Part shown: positions 9,603-19,830 of the stretch, piece after piece
Numbering within the stretch: the first letter of the stretch is position 1
Layout of the letters: each line of letters starts with the position of its first letter
DNA from: a virus
Taxonomy: Duplodnaviria > Caudoviricetes
Strand: one strand, 5' to 3'
Length of the DNA: 64,000 nt
Virus record (IMG/VR): IMGVR_UViG_3300017991_000109
Location: 22-64,021 of that record
The notes under the pieces: generated by a model
Database searches by the model: none
Told to the model about the DNA's origin: nothing
The model's input: the letters and a program-made list of their open reading frames with translations, nothing else
Program-made: the position numbers and the translations under genes

Positions 9603-11692
9603 GTCATTTTTGGCAACGATTCCACTGTTGGATACAATTCCACGTCTTCAAGCACTCCCGCTTTGATGTTAGTCACAATGTTCTCAAACGCCTCTTGGAT
9701 TTTAGCAGGGGATTTTCGATATTTCTTACCCAAACGCTTAACATTCTCTTGTGAAGAGTCTTCTGACAAGCTCGTGTAAATAGAAACAGCTTCCTGCCAT
9801 TTTCGAACTTGCTGGACGCTGGGAAAACGGATTGAAATACCTGCGAAGACATTCATCAACTTAACCGTATTATCCAACCCTACTGCGTTAATCACATCAG
9901 GAATCAAACTGAATTTCTGGGCAGCGCGTACAACATCAACAGTCCCTAGAGGCTGGTTATAGTGATCTAACAATGATGCTCGAACAGCTCCGTGTGACCA
10001 GTCCAATAGAAAGCGAGCAGTGTCCTGGTTTATATCCCATCCCAGAATCGATGTTTCGATGATTGCCTGTCTACGATCTCCTCGCCCTTTAAGGACACAA
10101 GATACCATATACCTAAGTACCTCTTGAATCACAGGCTCTTCCCAACGGCAGTATATCTCTGAGGCTACCTTCTGAAGCGTCTCTACCAGAACATCAGAAA
10201 TATCCGAAGAAGGCGCGTCATAACCTTCCATGATGGTTTCTAGAGGAACATCTGTGACTGCAAACCTTTGGTTAAACAAGCTCTCTTTACCAACTATCGA
10301 TAAACATCCATTCCTAATACAATTATGTACTAACACACCCTCTGCAAAATAACAGTGTGTGTTTTCTACAGTAATGTCATATTTCCAATTTAAGTCTGGG
10401 GTATAATGGACCTGCTTCCAATCACCATCATGTCCCGAAATATACTCCTGTAGCTGAATATTGAGCTGAGGCTCCTGCGCAAGGCTTCTAATCTCAGTAT
10501 CACAAACAGAAAGAACTTCTTTCATCCAAGAAGATTCAACGTACTGACCACGATATCTTTCAGGTAGCTTATATTCCATAGATGGAACAATGTACGGAGC
10601 AATTATCTCAAACCAGCGATCTTTACTCTCAGAAGCTAAACACAGATAGTGATAACCTTGTTTACGTCTTGTCTTTTTCCATGTAACCCCCCATTTAGAA
10701 GCAAACCACTCCACTAGTCTATCAACATCTTCTTCCGAAAATGACTCAGTATGCAACGTAGTCCTATCGCCCGTAGTTCTACATCCGTCATCCATGAACC
10801 AATAAGCGAGAGCAACTTCGTTCATGGATTCTAGAAACTTCTCTGGAACATATTTCTTTCCAGGTATAACCATCTCTTCGATACCCTCAAATATAGGTCT
10901 TAGGGCTTTACCAAATTTGAACTCTGGATTGGTACCGTAAACTGAATCAGCCGCAGTAGATTCAGTTATAGAACTTCCCAGCTTCTTAGCTTTATGCTCT
11001 ACGTAGCTCTTCTGAGGAGATGTATGAGTGCAGTTGAATACATAAGATGATCCTGAAATACTGCCATCACCCAGATAACTACCCATAATGGCTTGTTTTC
11101 CATAGTCTGTTAAAACCTTATGATACATACGATGAGACGTAGTATCCTCTGAGTCATCTAGAGAGACCCATACATTATCACCTGTGTAAAATTCGTGGTT
11201 ACCCGTAAACAACAGGCGTCTACGCTTACCATCAGGTCTTTTTATGGACACACGCCTCCACTCATCTCGACTAGAGGGGATCTTTGACCAATCAGTAACC
11301 TTATTGTAACAAAAAGCTTTCTTATCAGTATCGTAAGATAGTACCGACACGTCTAGTTTGTTCTCAACAATTTCTTGGATCGTTTTAACTCCCTGATCGG
11401 TCATTAACCTATGGTGCCCACATGAACAAGCACTGAAGTACGTATAAATCTTACCGTCTTCGGGTTTCCATTTCCTGATCCAATTCTCGATCTGAAGATA
11501 TAAGCTGTTTTTTATATCTCCAAACGGGACTTGCCTATCAAATTTATTGGTGCGAATGATCGCATCCATCAAATTACTTGACTCTTCGCAAATCTTACGG
11601 TAAGAAGTAAAATCCCCGTCTTTACGGTATTGAAAAGCAAGGGTCTCTACAACATCGTTATCGAAGACGTTTTGTTTTTCTTTCTTTGCCAT
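9599..11692 (-). CDS. sigma-factor-like protein (gp55/sigma region 2) fused to a C-terminal Mor-like domain, intein-containing
   Basis: Spliced KWKPEDGKIYTYFSA|CIRNGCLSIVGKE resembles sigma region 2.3-2.4; C-terminal VGLDNTVKLMNVFAGISIRFP + HTH resembles Mor. Confidence 0.65.
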   Translation of the reverse strand: MAKKEKQNVFDNDVVETLAFQYRKDGDFTSYRKICEESSNLMDAIIRTNKFDRQVPFGDIKNSLYLQIENWIRKWKPEDGKIYTYFSACSCGHHRLMTDQGVKTIQEIVENKLDVSVLSYDTDKKAFCYNKVTDWSKIPSSRDEWRRVSIKRPDGKRRRLLFTGNHEFYTGDNVWVSLDDSEDTTSHRMYHKVLTDYGKQAIMGSYLGDGSISGSSYVFNCTHTSPQKSYVEHKAKKLGSSITESTAADSVYGTNPEFKFGKALRPIFEGIEEMVIPGKKYVPEKFLESMNEVALAYWFMDDGCRTTGDRTTLHTESFSEEDVDRLVEWFASKWGVTWKKTRRKQGYHYLCLASESKDRWFEIIAPYIVPSMEYKLPERYRGQYVESSWMKEVLSVCDTEIRSLAQEPQLNIQLQEYISGHDGDWKQVHYTPDLNWKYDITVENTHCYFAEGVLVHNCIRNGCLSIVGKESLFNQRFAVTDVPLETIMEGYDAPSSDISDVLVETLQKVASEIYCRWEEPVIQEVLRYMVSCVLKGRGDRRQAIIETSILGWDINQDTARFLLDWSHGAVRASLLDHYNQPLGTVDVVRAAQKFSLIPDVINAVGLDNTVKLMNVFAGISIRFPSVQQVRKWQEAVSIYTSLSEDSSQENVKRLGKKYRKSPAKIQEAFENIVTNIKAGVLEDVELYPTVESLPKMT
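10322..11428 (-). mobile_element. intein (369 aa) with LAGLIDADG homing endonuclease
   Basis: Block A CSCGHHRLMTDQGVKTIQEI; block B FTGNHEFY; LAGLIDADG motifs IMGSYLGDG and LAYWFMDDG; block F/G YDITVENTHCYFAEGVLVHN followed by Cys+1. Confidence 0.95.
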
Positions 11693-11762
11693 ACCCTGTA
11701 CGAACAGAAATAGTTATTTTTCATTTAAAATTCTGGGTACTTGTCAGTTCTATATTTCAAAA

Positions 11763-12323
11763 ATGAAGAAATCTGTAATAATCACTGGGTGTGACCCTGC
11801 TTTTAGTAACTTTGGCATGGTGAAAGTCGAATACGATCTGGAGAGGTGTAAAATCATTCGAGTTATCGAAATGGAACTAATCCAAACTAAGAAATCAAAA
11901 GAGAAGGGTATCAAAAAAGTAGATGACGACTGGGCTAGAGCATGTCACATTGATGACAGGCTCACAAAATTCGTTGCAGATTCTGACCTAATTGTTGCAG
12001 AGATCCCCTCAGGAAGTCAGAGCGCGACTGCAAGTAGAGGTCTGGGAATAGCAACTGGGTTACTAATCAAGCTAGATAGTCTTCTAGTTCGTGTTACTCC
12101 AACGGATGTGAAAAAAGTTGTTGGTAAGAGGCAGACTTCTAAGAAAGAAATGATCGAGTGGGCTGTTGAATGCTTCCCTGAGGCTCCTTGGTTACGCACT
12201 AAGGATAAAAATCAGCGAATCAAGAATGATAACGAACACTTAGCAGATGCACTAGCAGTTATCTTTGCTGGAGAAAAGAAGGGAGACTTCTTTAAAATCT
12301 TTCCTTCGGATCACCCTTCTTGA
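11763..12323 (+). CDS. ruvC: Holliday junction resolvase RuvC-like
   Basis: GCDPAFSNFG, VAEIP, PTDVKKVV, SKKEM and HLADALAV catalytic motifs. Confidence 0.9.
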   Translation: MKKSVIITGCDPAFSNFGMVKVEYDLERCKIIRVIEMELIQTKKSKEKGIKKVDDDWARACHIDDRLTKFVADSDLIVAEIPSGSQSATASRGLGIATGLLIKLDSLLVRVTPTDVKKVVGKRQTSKKEMIEWAVECFPEAPWLRTKDKNQRIKNDNEHLADALAVIFAGEKKGDFFKIFPSDHPS

Positions 12324-12720
12324 TTTTAGGATGATCGTATTTGTTTCGCTGCAAATACTGTCGAGCTTCCTCTACTTGATCATCTACAGCCTTTACGGTC
12401 TTAAGCACTCTTCGGATAGCTGTGACCGTGACCTTAAATTGTGCAGCAGCCTCCTGCTCAGTTTGCTCTTCCGAATAGACTGACCAAGCTGCTGCTGTAG
12501 TATTCAGACTCTCTACCAGAGATTGCGCTGTTGGTAACTTCAGCTTTTCTCCTCCAAAAATGAGGACTAGTTGTATCGTGGCATCCATGCCGATTGCATC
12601 AATTAAATGATACAGATCGACATGGTTATTGGCCAAAGCCAGACTCATCATCAGTTCTGGCTTCCCGCGATTTTGAAGTCTGTCTAAGACCTCTTTTTGT
12701 TTAGGTCTCGGATTCGGCAT
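12292..12720 (-). CDS. Mor-family transcription activator-like protein
   Basis: IGMDATIQLVLIFGGEKLKLP motif plus HTH EAAAQFKVTVTAIRRVL. Confidence 0.7.
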   Translation of the reverse strand: MPNPRPKQKEVLDRLQNRGKPELMMSLALANNHVDLYHLIDAIGMDATIQLVLIFGGEKLKLPTAQSLVESLNTTAAAWSVYSEEQTEQEAAAQFKVTVTAIRRVLKTVKAVDDQVEEARQYLQRNKYDHPKIKKGDPKERF

Positions 12721-13081
12721 CGTCCTTCTCTTCAGGGGGAAGGATAGCAGTTATACAAACACTAGAATCGTCAATCCTGACATAACGAGGATTCTCATAG
12801 TCAGGGTTATTACCATCAGGCATACGTTGCGCTGTCGATTTCACGTAGATAACAATATCGCCTTTCTTACAAGACTCAACCTCATCTCCAACAGTGACAA
12901 CTCGTCCAACAGCTAGCTTTTTCTCATAGCTATCTTCCTCTCCAAAGCCAGGAGGGAGGTGGATACCTCCTTTGGTCACTTCTTGGGAATAATCAGTTGA
13001 TCGAGCGAGGATAATTGATTTCCGAGGGGCTCTAACCACGTCCTCGAAATTTTCTGGCATGTAGATGATTCTATTAGTCAT
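12701..13081 (-). CDS. groES: GroES/Cpn10 co-chaperonin
   Basis: TKGGIHLP mobile loop; GRVVTVGDEV..KKGDIVIY. Confidence 0.85.
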   Translation of the reverse strand: MTNRIIYMPENFEDVVRAPRKSIILARSTDYSQEVTKGGIHLPPGFGEEDSYEKKLAVGRVVTVGDEVESCKKGDIVIYVKSTAQRMPDGNNPDYENPRYVRIDDSSVCITAILPPEEKDDAESET

Positions 13082-13566
13082 TTAAATATGATAGTTCCTT
13101 TGAATTCAGAAACCACGTTAGATCGATGAAGCTTCTGGAAACCCCATGTTCCCACTCCCTGATTTATCGTAGTTATTGCCTCAACCATACCACCTCCAGG
13201 TACACTCATTCCGATGAGGACATTGGATGCATTATGATTACCACTTACTTGGAAGTTAGGAATTTGCCACGAACCTTGATGAGATCCGTACCATAAGACA
13301 TTCCCTTCCTCCATGAAGTAGTCGGCACCTCTATAGAACGTCATTGGTTTATCAAATTCTATTTTTTTATCTCTTTTCACCAGAAACCCTTTTCCAAAAA
13401 CACTGATCTGAGTAACGAACGGAAAATGGTCTTCCCATTGAAGTGTCGGATACTCGTCTACAGGATCTGGTTTCACAAACCGAGTATTGTTTGGATGAAA
13501 CTTTCGAGCCCACTCCTTAGATGGAAAAATGTAGTCGATCTTATCGACAGAAATAACGCTACTCAT
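13078..13566 (-). CDS. hypothetical protein
   Basis: 162 aa ORF, coupled to both neighbours. Confidence 0.65.
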   Translation of the reverse strand: MSSVISVDKIDYIFPSKEWARKFHPNNTRFVKPDPVDEYPTLQWEDHFPFVTQISVFGKGFLVKRDKKIEFDKPMTFYRGADYFMEEGNVLWYGSHQGSWQIPNFQVSGNHNASNVLIGMSVPGGGMVEAITTINQGVGTWGFQKLHRSNVVSEFKGTIIFK

Positions 13567-15272
13567 GTAATAAAAAGCTCTTCGGAGGAACTACACCCTT
13601 TGAAATCCCATAATTGACCGTATCTCACACCCCAAGTAGAAACTGTTAGATTGACAGGAAGATCTCCATTATCAAATTCTACTGTTACATTCATAGCCCA
13701 CTTCACATCTGTCGGAGTTTGTAATTTCAATTTTGTTAGCTCTGTAGCTACTGTTCCCGAAGCCACTAGATAAGACCTGACTCGATCCGTAACAGACGTA
13801 TAATTAAAGAATATGTTATAACCTACACCGATATCTTGTGTGAACCAAAAATCAAACATTTGGTCGTGGTATAATGTTTTTGATTGAGCAGAACTAGTTT
13901 CCTGCTGTTGCCTGTGTCTGGGACCAGCGGGTAGACAATGAAAATTAAAATTCAATAACCCTACGGCATCAAACTGAACTTCGTCTTCCAAAGCAGGAAA
14001 CATCCAACATTTGTAGTTGTCCGAATAGTACGAGTAGTAGTAGTAGTCACCCGATCTAACAACTTCCGCCTGTTCGTACAATGCATTACTAAAAAGAAGG
14101 TACGCTGGAGGAGGTATAAACGTGTCTAGATGAAGAGCTTCCACAATGTACACATCCGACCAGTTAAAATCTCCAAGTTCAGCATCTATTACTAATTCGT
14201 TCTCCCCGTTTGTAACAAAATCAGTCACATCTACAGGTAATGATGGAAGTTGGGGCAGCGTATAATTATTTAGGCTTAACCGAACAGCTTCCACTGTATA
14301 AGCGTACTCAGAATCAGAATCAACCCAATCCATCCGAGAACGATTTAAAATCCAGTATGAAGCTCCCTCTACCTTAACAAGGTCAAACGTCACTGTTTTA
14401 GTTTCAAGCTCCACAGGAGGAAGCTGAGAGGCTTCTGCACGGTCTGGGAACTCAAGAGCATCTTCGGGGGGGACAAAATTCTCATCGATAACTCCTACCG
14501 AAGGTGTCTCTCTCGGAAATTCGACGGTTGCCACACGATCAACCATCGTTAAATCAGCTCTGGATAGTAGTTGAGATCCACCAGCAATATGAGGATAGAC
14601 CCAAGAACATTGTTCCGCTGGAACATTATTTAAAGCTAATCTGACCTTGTTCTGAAATCTACTTGTTGTCTTTTCATTTAGAATAAACGAACCAAAACAA
14701 GAATTTGTATTTTGAAGCTCATAACCTTCTACGGGGTATCCCGCAACGGTCTGTCTAGGGAGTGCCCAATCTGCATAGATAAAGCCTTCTCGGGAATAGG
14801 GGAAGAATTTGAACGCAGTATCAACGGATAGAAGTACTTGCTTACCGTACACCAATTTTCGCAACGCATCTTTAGCTGAGTCTAAACTCGCAGGAAATGA
14901 ATGACTTGGAGGTTGTAGACCGAAAGCGCGTAACTCAGCTTCGGTTACCAGCGACATATCATAGTCGTAAAAAAGGTCTGCCAACTCTAGAATCTTATCA
15001 TGAATTTGTTTAATGAGTTCAAGCTTATTCTGATAACTTCCAAGCTGCTTTTCTAAATCGGGAATGCCAAAACCGTCAGAGGTTGAGATACCGTTGACAG
15101 TTAATTCGATTGGCAGATTATAGGCAGCGAAACGCTCAAAAATAGCACAGAGCAATTCAGAAAACTCTGTTGAAGCAACCGGAGCTAACCAAGACTGGTT
15201 TTTAAAAATCGGTTGCTTATGGAGGTTCGAGAGAGCTACTGCATAGCTTTTATCTAGATTACTGAAAAGCAT
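13563..15272 (-). CDS. hypothetical protein, probably structural
   Basis: 569 aa ORF; acidic and aromatic, beta-rich; TAGGTAT 4 nt upstream. Confidence 0.6.
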   Translation of the reverse strand: MLFSNLDKSYAVALSNLHKQPIFKNQSWLAPVASTEFSELLCAIFERFAAYNLPIELTVNGISTSDGFGIPDLEKQLGSYQNKLELIKQIHDKILELADLFYDYDMSLVTEAELRAFGLQPPSHSFPASLDSAKDALRKLVYGKQVLLSVDTAFKFFPYSREGFIYADWALPRQTVAGYPVEGYELQNTNSCFGSFILNEKTTSRFQNKVRLALNNVPAEQCSWVYPHIAGGSQLLSRADLTMVDRVATVEFPRETPSVGVIDENFVPPEDALEFPDRAEASQLPPVELETKTVTFDLVKVEGASYWILNRSRMDWVDSDSEYAYTVEAVRLSLNNYTLPQLPSLPVDVTDFVTNGENELVIDAELGDFNWSDVYIVEALHLDTFIPPPAYLLFSNALYEQAEVVRSGDYYYYSYYSDNYKCWMFPALEDEVQFDAVGLLNFNFHCLPAGPRHRQQQETSSAQSKTLYHDQMFDFWFTQDIGVGYNIFFNYTSVTDRVRSYLVASGTVATELTKLKLQTPTDVKWAMNVTVEFDNGDLPVNLTVSTWGVRYGQLWDFKGCSSSEELFIT

Positions 15273-15313
15273 ATCAATACCTACAGTAGCTCTCTCTCTA
15301 TGACAGAGAACCG

Positions 15314-16492
15314 TTAGTCTTCAACATCGCCAGGATCTAACTCTGACTCATCGACAGTCTCATTTACCTCAATTTCTGGGAAGTAACCCAGTGATGTTGC
15401 ACCAAACAATTTGGCTTTCCAATCCTCAAAGGCAGTTTGGATCGGAACGTACAGAGGGTGCGAAGTATCTCGGTAGATCTTACCCCACTCCTCTTTTGTG
15501 AACTTCTCATCTTCGTGACCTTCCAGATGGCAATACTTTCCTTGCTTTATGTACTTGTTCTTCTGAAGGACAGAGAATACAGACCATGCAGGGTTAAACC
15601 CAGAAGGTCCCCACATCTCTTCATTAGCCGTATAGATGATAGGTATCTCGACCTTACGCAGAGGAGGGACACGTCGATTCTTGACCGTTGTAAGCGAATG
15701 CATCGCACCATCTGGGAAGCCTTTATCATCACCGCTTTTGGTTTTGAAATAGAACTTTCCAGTTTTAGCGCTCTTGATCCTGTACGTGGCAAAGAACTTC
15801 AATGCACGTCCACCTGGACTCTTCAGCTCCGCAAACGCACTACCTCCGATATCTTCTCGAACTTGGTTCACAAATACCAAGTGAGTCGTTGTCTGTTCGA
15901 GGATAGGCACAATATGTGGTAACCCCGATGACATAGCGCGAGCTATCGGTGCATAATGTTGGTCACCAATTTCACCATCCTGTTCGATCTTCGATACCAA
16001 TGCCTTGAGCGAATCCACAATCATCAGAACAGGGGTTCCCGTCTTCACTTCATGAATCTTCTGGGTCTTGGTCTCAATATCCCGTAGCAAAGACTCAATG
16101 TTCTTCGCCTTCAGAATGGCACACCTGTTGTTCTTAAACATAGGTCTAGCAGCAATCTTCTTATCGTCGATACCGCCTTCGATGTCATAATAAATAACAA
16201 TCCCAGTGGGGTGCTCGACCAAAAAGTTATGCGCCAGAAGCTGCACGAACTCACTCTTACCTGAAGCTTCACCTCCGTAGATCTCAGTGATCTTACCACA
16301 AGCCAAGCCTCCCTCATAGCCTCCAACCAAAGCATCAATAGGAGGGACTCCCAGTGAATAAAAATGCTTTGGAGTGACGAAGAAGGCATTCTCCTCGCTG
16401 AAGATGCCTCCATAGATATCCTCGTTAGATTGATCGACAATGGTTGCCAACAAATCTTCGGAGTCTACCTCTTTTTTCTTTCTACCAGCCAT
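15314..16492 (-). CDS. recA: RecA/UvsX recombinase
   Basis: ITEIYGGEASGKS Walker A; IVDS Walker B; FVNQVR and SPGGRALKFFATYRI. Confidence 0.97.
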   Translation of the reverse strand: MAGRKKKEVDSEDLLATIVDQSNEDIYGGIFSEENAFFVTPKHFYSLGVPPIDALVGGYEGGLACGKITEIYGGEASGKSEFVQLLAHNFLVEHPTGIVIYYDIEGGIDDKKIAARPMFKNNRCAILKAKNIESLLRDIETKTQKIHEVKTGTPVLMIVDSLKALVSKIEQDGEIGDQHYAPIARAMSSGLPHIVPILEQTTTHLVFVNQVREDIGGSAFAELKSPGGRALKFFATYRIKSAKTGKFYFKTKSGDDKGFPDGAMHSLTTVKNRRVPPLRKVEIPIIYTANEEMWGPSGFNPAWSVFSVLQKNKYIKQGKYCHLEGHEDEKFTKEEWGKIYRDTSHPLYVPIQTAFEDWKAKLFGATSLGYFPEIEVNETVDESELDPGDVED

Positions 16493-16493
16493 A

Positions 16494-17618
16494 TTAATCT
16501 GAAGGAAGGGCTGACAGTGATTCTAGAAGCTCAGCATTATCAGCAGCTTCTGCTTTGGATTCGTATTCCATAGGAATATTGTCAGCAGCTAGCGTCGTTG
16601 CTCCAGCAGGAGGTGTAAACTGAGCGTCTGCTATAGCCTGTGCAGGTGCAGGTTGAGGAACCTGTGCCGCTGGCTGCTGTACAGGTTGTGGTGCTGGTTG
16701 TACAGGTGCTGAAGGTGCTTGCTGAACATACTGAGTAGTCTCTTGCTGTTGTGGCTGAGGTGTGTAGTTCATCGCAGCGGCTGCTGCATGGCTCGGCTGA
16801 GATACCTGACTTTGGGTATCCCACTTTCCTTTAGTGTCAGCTTCAACCCAAGCTTCCAACTTAGGAAGTAGGGAATCCATCAGTGCAGGGTCTGGAGCGT
16901 TCTTTAGGTGACGCTTCAACGGAGCTTCGTCGATCACCTTCGCCAGGATATCCTCTGTCTCAGAGGGCTGAGTGTGAAGAGGAGACTTTTCGAATGCTGG
17001 CGATAGGTTGTATTCAGTTTTCTTCCGAGTGCTATTCGGGAGAGACGTCACTTTCTTCTCGACAAAGACATCGTTACCTTCGTAAGGATCGAGCATAGAA
17101 GGTGAACTTTGAATGTAATTGAGGATCTGGTCAAAAAGACCTTTTGTTGCTCCCAGCTCTACAACATCACCCGTGGTACGATCAATAACCATGAAGAAGA
17201 ACTTTCGGTCTATTCTAAGCTTATACAGCTTAGCGCTGATGATCTTCCTACGAAGCTTCAGCTCCTCACGTTGAGGATCTTGTTCGGGAAGTTCCTTCTC
17301 GATCTTGGATATCTCTTTTTCCTCAGCGTACAACTCGGATACACGCGCACACCAAGAGCATGCATCTTCCAGCAACTCACCGTCTTCAGTCAGGTGCTTG
17401 TTAGGGCACAGAAGAGGTCCTTTATGGACAGCCGGAGGTGCCCAGTGTTGCTCTATTGGCAAGAATGGCAACGTCTCTGAAGAACCGTAAACTCCAGGGA
17501 GGATACGGATTTGCTTCTTTTGGTTGTCATCGATTTTGAAGGAATTGAAAAATCCTTTTTTTTCAAAACGCTTCTTTGTTTCGTTTAGTTCGTTTAGGTC
17601 TACTGCTTTGTAGCTCAT
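16494..17618 (-). CDS. single-stranded DNA-binding protein (gp32-like)
   Basis: IRILP, H..C..CSWC zinc ligands, LDPYEGND; acidic C-terminal tip; adjacent to RecA. Confidence 0.85.
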   Translation of the reverse strand: MSYKAVDLNELNETKKRFEKKGFFNSFKIDDNQKKQIRILPGVYGSSETLPFLPIEQHWAPPAVHKGPLLCPNKHLTEDGELLEDACSWCARVSELYAEEKEISKIEKELPEQDPQREELKLRRKIISAKLYKLRIDRKFFFMVIDRTTGDVVELGATKGLFDQILNYIQSSPSMLDPYEGNDVFVEKKVTSLPNSTRKKTEYNLSPAFEKSPLHTQPSETEDILAKVIDEAPLKRHLKNAPDPALMDSLLPKLEAWVEADTKGKWDTQSQVSQPSHAAAAAMNYTPQPQQQETTQYVQQAPSAPVQPAPQPVQQPAAQVPQPAPAQAIADAQFTPPAGATTLAADNIPMEYESKAEAADNAELLESLSALPSD

Positions 17619-17637
17619 ATTATTACTTTAGTTTAGT

Positions 17638-18096
17638 TTATGTTTGTCTTTCTATTCTGGAGTCTGCACCCATCTGCATTAACATGTCTTTTCTGTCGTG
17701 CCAGCTCCATTTAGCCGATTCCCAATTCAAGGCTACTATTTTGAGCCTATCTAGTATTTCATTTTGTGTGGCTAAATCTTTATCTGAGGCAACTGCTGAT
17801 TTGATATCTTCTACTGTTGGGCGCTTTTTCCCTTCTTGGGATATTCCCTTGTAGTATTGGAACTTTTCAGCCTCAATTCGTTTAATATTTCTCTGTTGTT
17901 TTTCTACCCGCGCATTCGCTAGTGCCGAATGGTAGTTAAAGAACCCTGCCCAAGCAGCTTGAGTGGTATATGCTTGAGTGAGGTTATCAGGATCTATCTT
18001 CACCAACTCCCCGAAGGGAACCTCAATTTTATCGTCTGTTATCAACCTCAGGGACTGAGGAGGTAGTCTGTCCGACCACTGTTTTAATTCGCTCAT
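17638..18096 (-). CDS. UvsY-like recombination mediator
   Basis: Helical protein with RPTVEDIKSAV..D and RKDMLMQMGADSR motifs; in an operon with SSB and RecA. Confidence 0.7.
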   Translation of the reverse strand: MSELKQWSDRLPPQSLRLITDDKIEVPFGELVKIDPDNLTQAYTTQAAWAGFFNYHSALANARVEKQQRNIKRIEAEKFQYYKGISQEGKKRPTVEDIKSAVASDKDLATQNEILDRLKIVALNWESAKWSWHDRKDMLMQMGADSRIERQT

Positions 18097-18226
18097 AGTT
18101 TACCGTGTGTTATTATGATAGGCTTCTTCCACCACCTGAAACAAGTATAGATCTCTTTATCATTTATGTATATGTCAATACAGAGATCCTTATCTGCGTC
18201 TATGTAGACATCTATGTCTAGATTAA

Positions 18227-19786
18227 TCATGCTTCAACCAGTGCTTCTAGAAACCACTTAGGAAAGAAAGGACGATAATCGTTCAAAAGTCGTTTGAAAT
18301 TTCCATCCAAGATGTAGCTATCGGCATAGTCCTCCTTATGCCTAACTGCCCGTCCACATGCCTGAACGATGGCCATGATAACTTGGAGTGAGTACCATTC
18401 GGGGTTCGTATCCAACCGACGCTTAACCCAAGGATCACCAAGTGATGGGTAAGGCGTCTTTGGAATAATAACAAATCGTGCTAGGTCGTCTTTTAGATCA
18501 ACACCTTCGTTCATAGAAGGACTTAACAAGACTGTCGGTTCTGGATTCGTCGCATGCTCTTGAAGCAGCGCCTCTCGATCGCTCGTCCGCTTGTGGTGTA
18601 AAACCCTTCTTCTAAGATTTCGAGACATACTCAAGATATCTTCTCCAAGGGCAAAAGAATGACAATGGATGATCCCTTTCTTGTCAGGATATAGATCCAG
18701 AAGATAATCAATAAAATCGACTATTTTTGGCAAAACCGTGTCTTTGTTTTTCTTACTCATCCAACCGACTGGCTTGAAATAAACCGCACGATTGTTTACT
18801 GGGAAAGGTGACTTGATTTGTGTGCTGGCATAATCCTCTGGACTCCAACCAAACCATTTGGCTGCTGTTTCAGGCGGAACCATCGTAGCAGATGTCAGGA
18901 GGATCTTTTTATCCAACGGTGCTACGTATTTGTCAAACAGCCCATCAATCTCCAAAGGCTTTGCCACGAACGTCGTACCATCAGAATGGCTAACCCACTC
19001 CACACCTTCATCCAACTCGATCAATAGGTTCTGGCATGAGTTTGCGATCTTCAACAACCGATTAGCTTTATTCAACTCGCCCGTTGCAGCATCCCCTAAA
19101 TCAGGATCATCCATACTCTGGTAACTACCAATGAGCTTCTCAACCTTCGTCAGCTCCTTATCAATCTTCTCCAGAACAGGACCTACAAAATTTCGAACCT
19201 GTTGAGGGGAAAGAGTCATACGTGTCGGCGCTTGGAAGCCTAACATCTCCAGAGTATCTTCATCAAGTTCGACCGCTGCGGCTTCGATCAATTGTGCTTC
19301 CAAAGAGTGACCCTCATCAAAAATCAACCATTCAGTATCTGCCAATTTTTCAACTGATCCATCGTAATCTGCGGTTAGAGAAGATAGTAGATAGCTGTAA
19401 TTAGTGATCCCTGCACGACCTTCATAAAACTCGTTAGCAGCTTGCTTGTACGGACATGAACCGCATTTACTGGAAGCACATACTTTCGAAAATGTCTCGC
19501 AGTTTCCTTTTCTGGACACACATTGATAATTGGCACGACCTTTCACGAGGGGAACTTCTGGCCAATCACGTGTGTACTGATCCTGAAGGATCTTTTGAGG
19601 TGTCATGATTTTACCAGAACATGCCTTGGCAAGGGTCATGCACACAGGGGATTTTCCTGCCCCGGTGGGAGCTTCGATCAGGAGAACTTTCTTATCACGA
19701 TTTTGCTCGATGAATTTGAACATCGCTTCCTGCTCTGGGCGCATGGGTTTATCCATGCACCACGAATTTACAATTTTATCTGTCAT
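18227..19786 (-). CDS. DinG/XPD-family Fe-S helicase
   Basis: Q motif RPEQ; EAPTGAGKS; KGRANYQC..C..C..CPY; DEGH; EGVDL; QACGRAVRHKEDY; likely start MTDKIV. Confidence 0.93.
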   Translation of the reverse strand: MTDKIVNSWCMDKPMRPEQEAMFKFIEQNRDKKVLLIEAPTGAGKSPVCMTLAKACSGKIMTPQKILQDQYTRDWPEVPLVKGRANYQCVSRKGNCETFSKVCASSKCGSCPYKQAANEFYEGRAGITNYSYLLSSLTADYDGSVEKLADTEWLIFDEGHSLEAQLIEAAAVELDEDTLEMLGFQAPTRMTLSPQQVRNFVGPVLEKIDKELTKVEKLIGSYQSMDDPDLGDAATGELNKANRLLKIANSCQNLLIELDEGVEWVSHSDGTTFVAKPLEIDGLFDKYVAPLDKKILLTSATMVPPETAAKWFGWSPEDYASTQIKSPFPVNNRAVYFKPVGWMSKKNKDTVLPKIVDFIDYLLDLYPDKKGIIHCHSFALGEDILSMSRNLRRRVLHHKRTSDREALLQEHATNPEPTVLLSPSMNEGVDLKDDLARFVIIPKTPYPSLGDPWVKRRLDTNPEWYSLQVIMAIVQACGRAVRHKEDYADSYILDGNFKRLLNDYRPFFPKWFLEALVEA

Positions 19787-19794
19787 TGGGCGGG

Positions 19795-19822
19795 AGGTTT
19801 CCACCGAAATCCCGCGTGTCAA
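19795..19822 (-). promoter_or_regulatory. candidate phage promoter TTGACA-N15-GAAACCT
   Basis: Seen 8 nt upstream of the DinG ATG; recurs before polA, sbcC and 48551. Confidence 0.55.
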
Positions 19823-19830
19823 CAACTTTC

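Noticed and set aside
16600-16810. Gln/Pro/Ala-rich repeats in the SSB gene
   Set aside because: Ordinary disordered SSB linker.
18100-18226. Short inverted repeats (GATCTCT..AGAGATC) and TTGACA upstream of uvsY
   Set aside because: No convincing -10 spacing or U-tract; probably regulatory but cannot be called.
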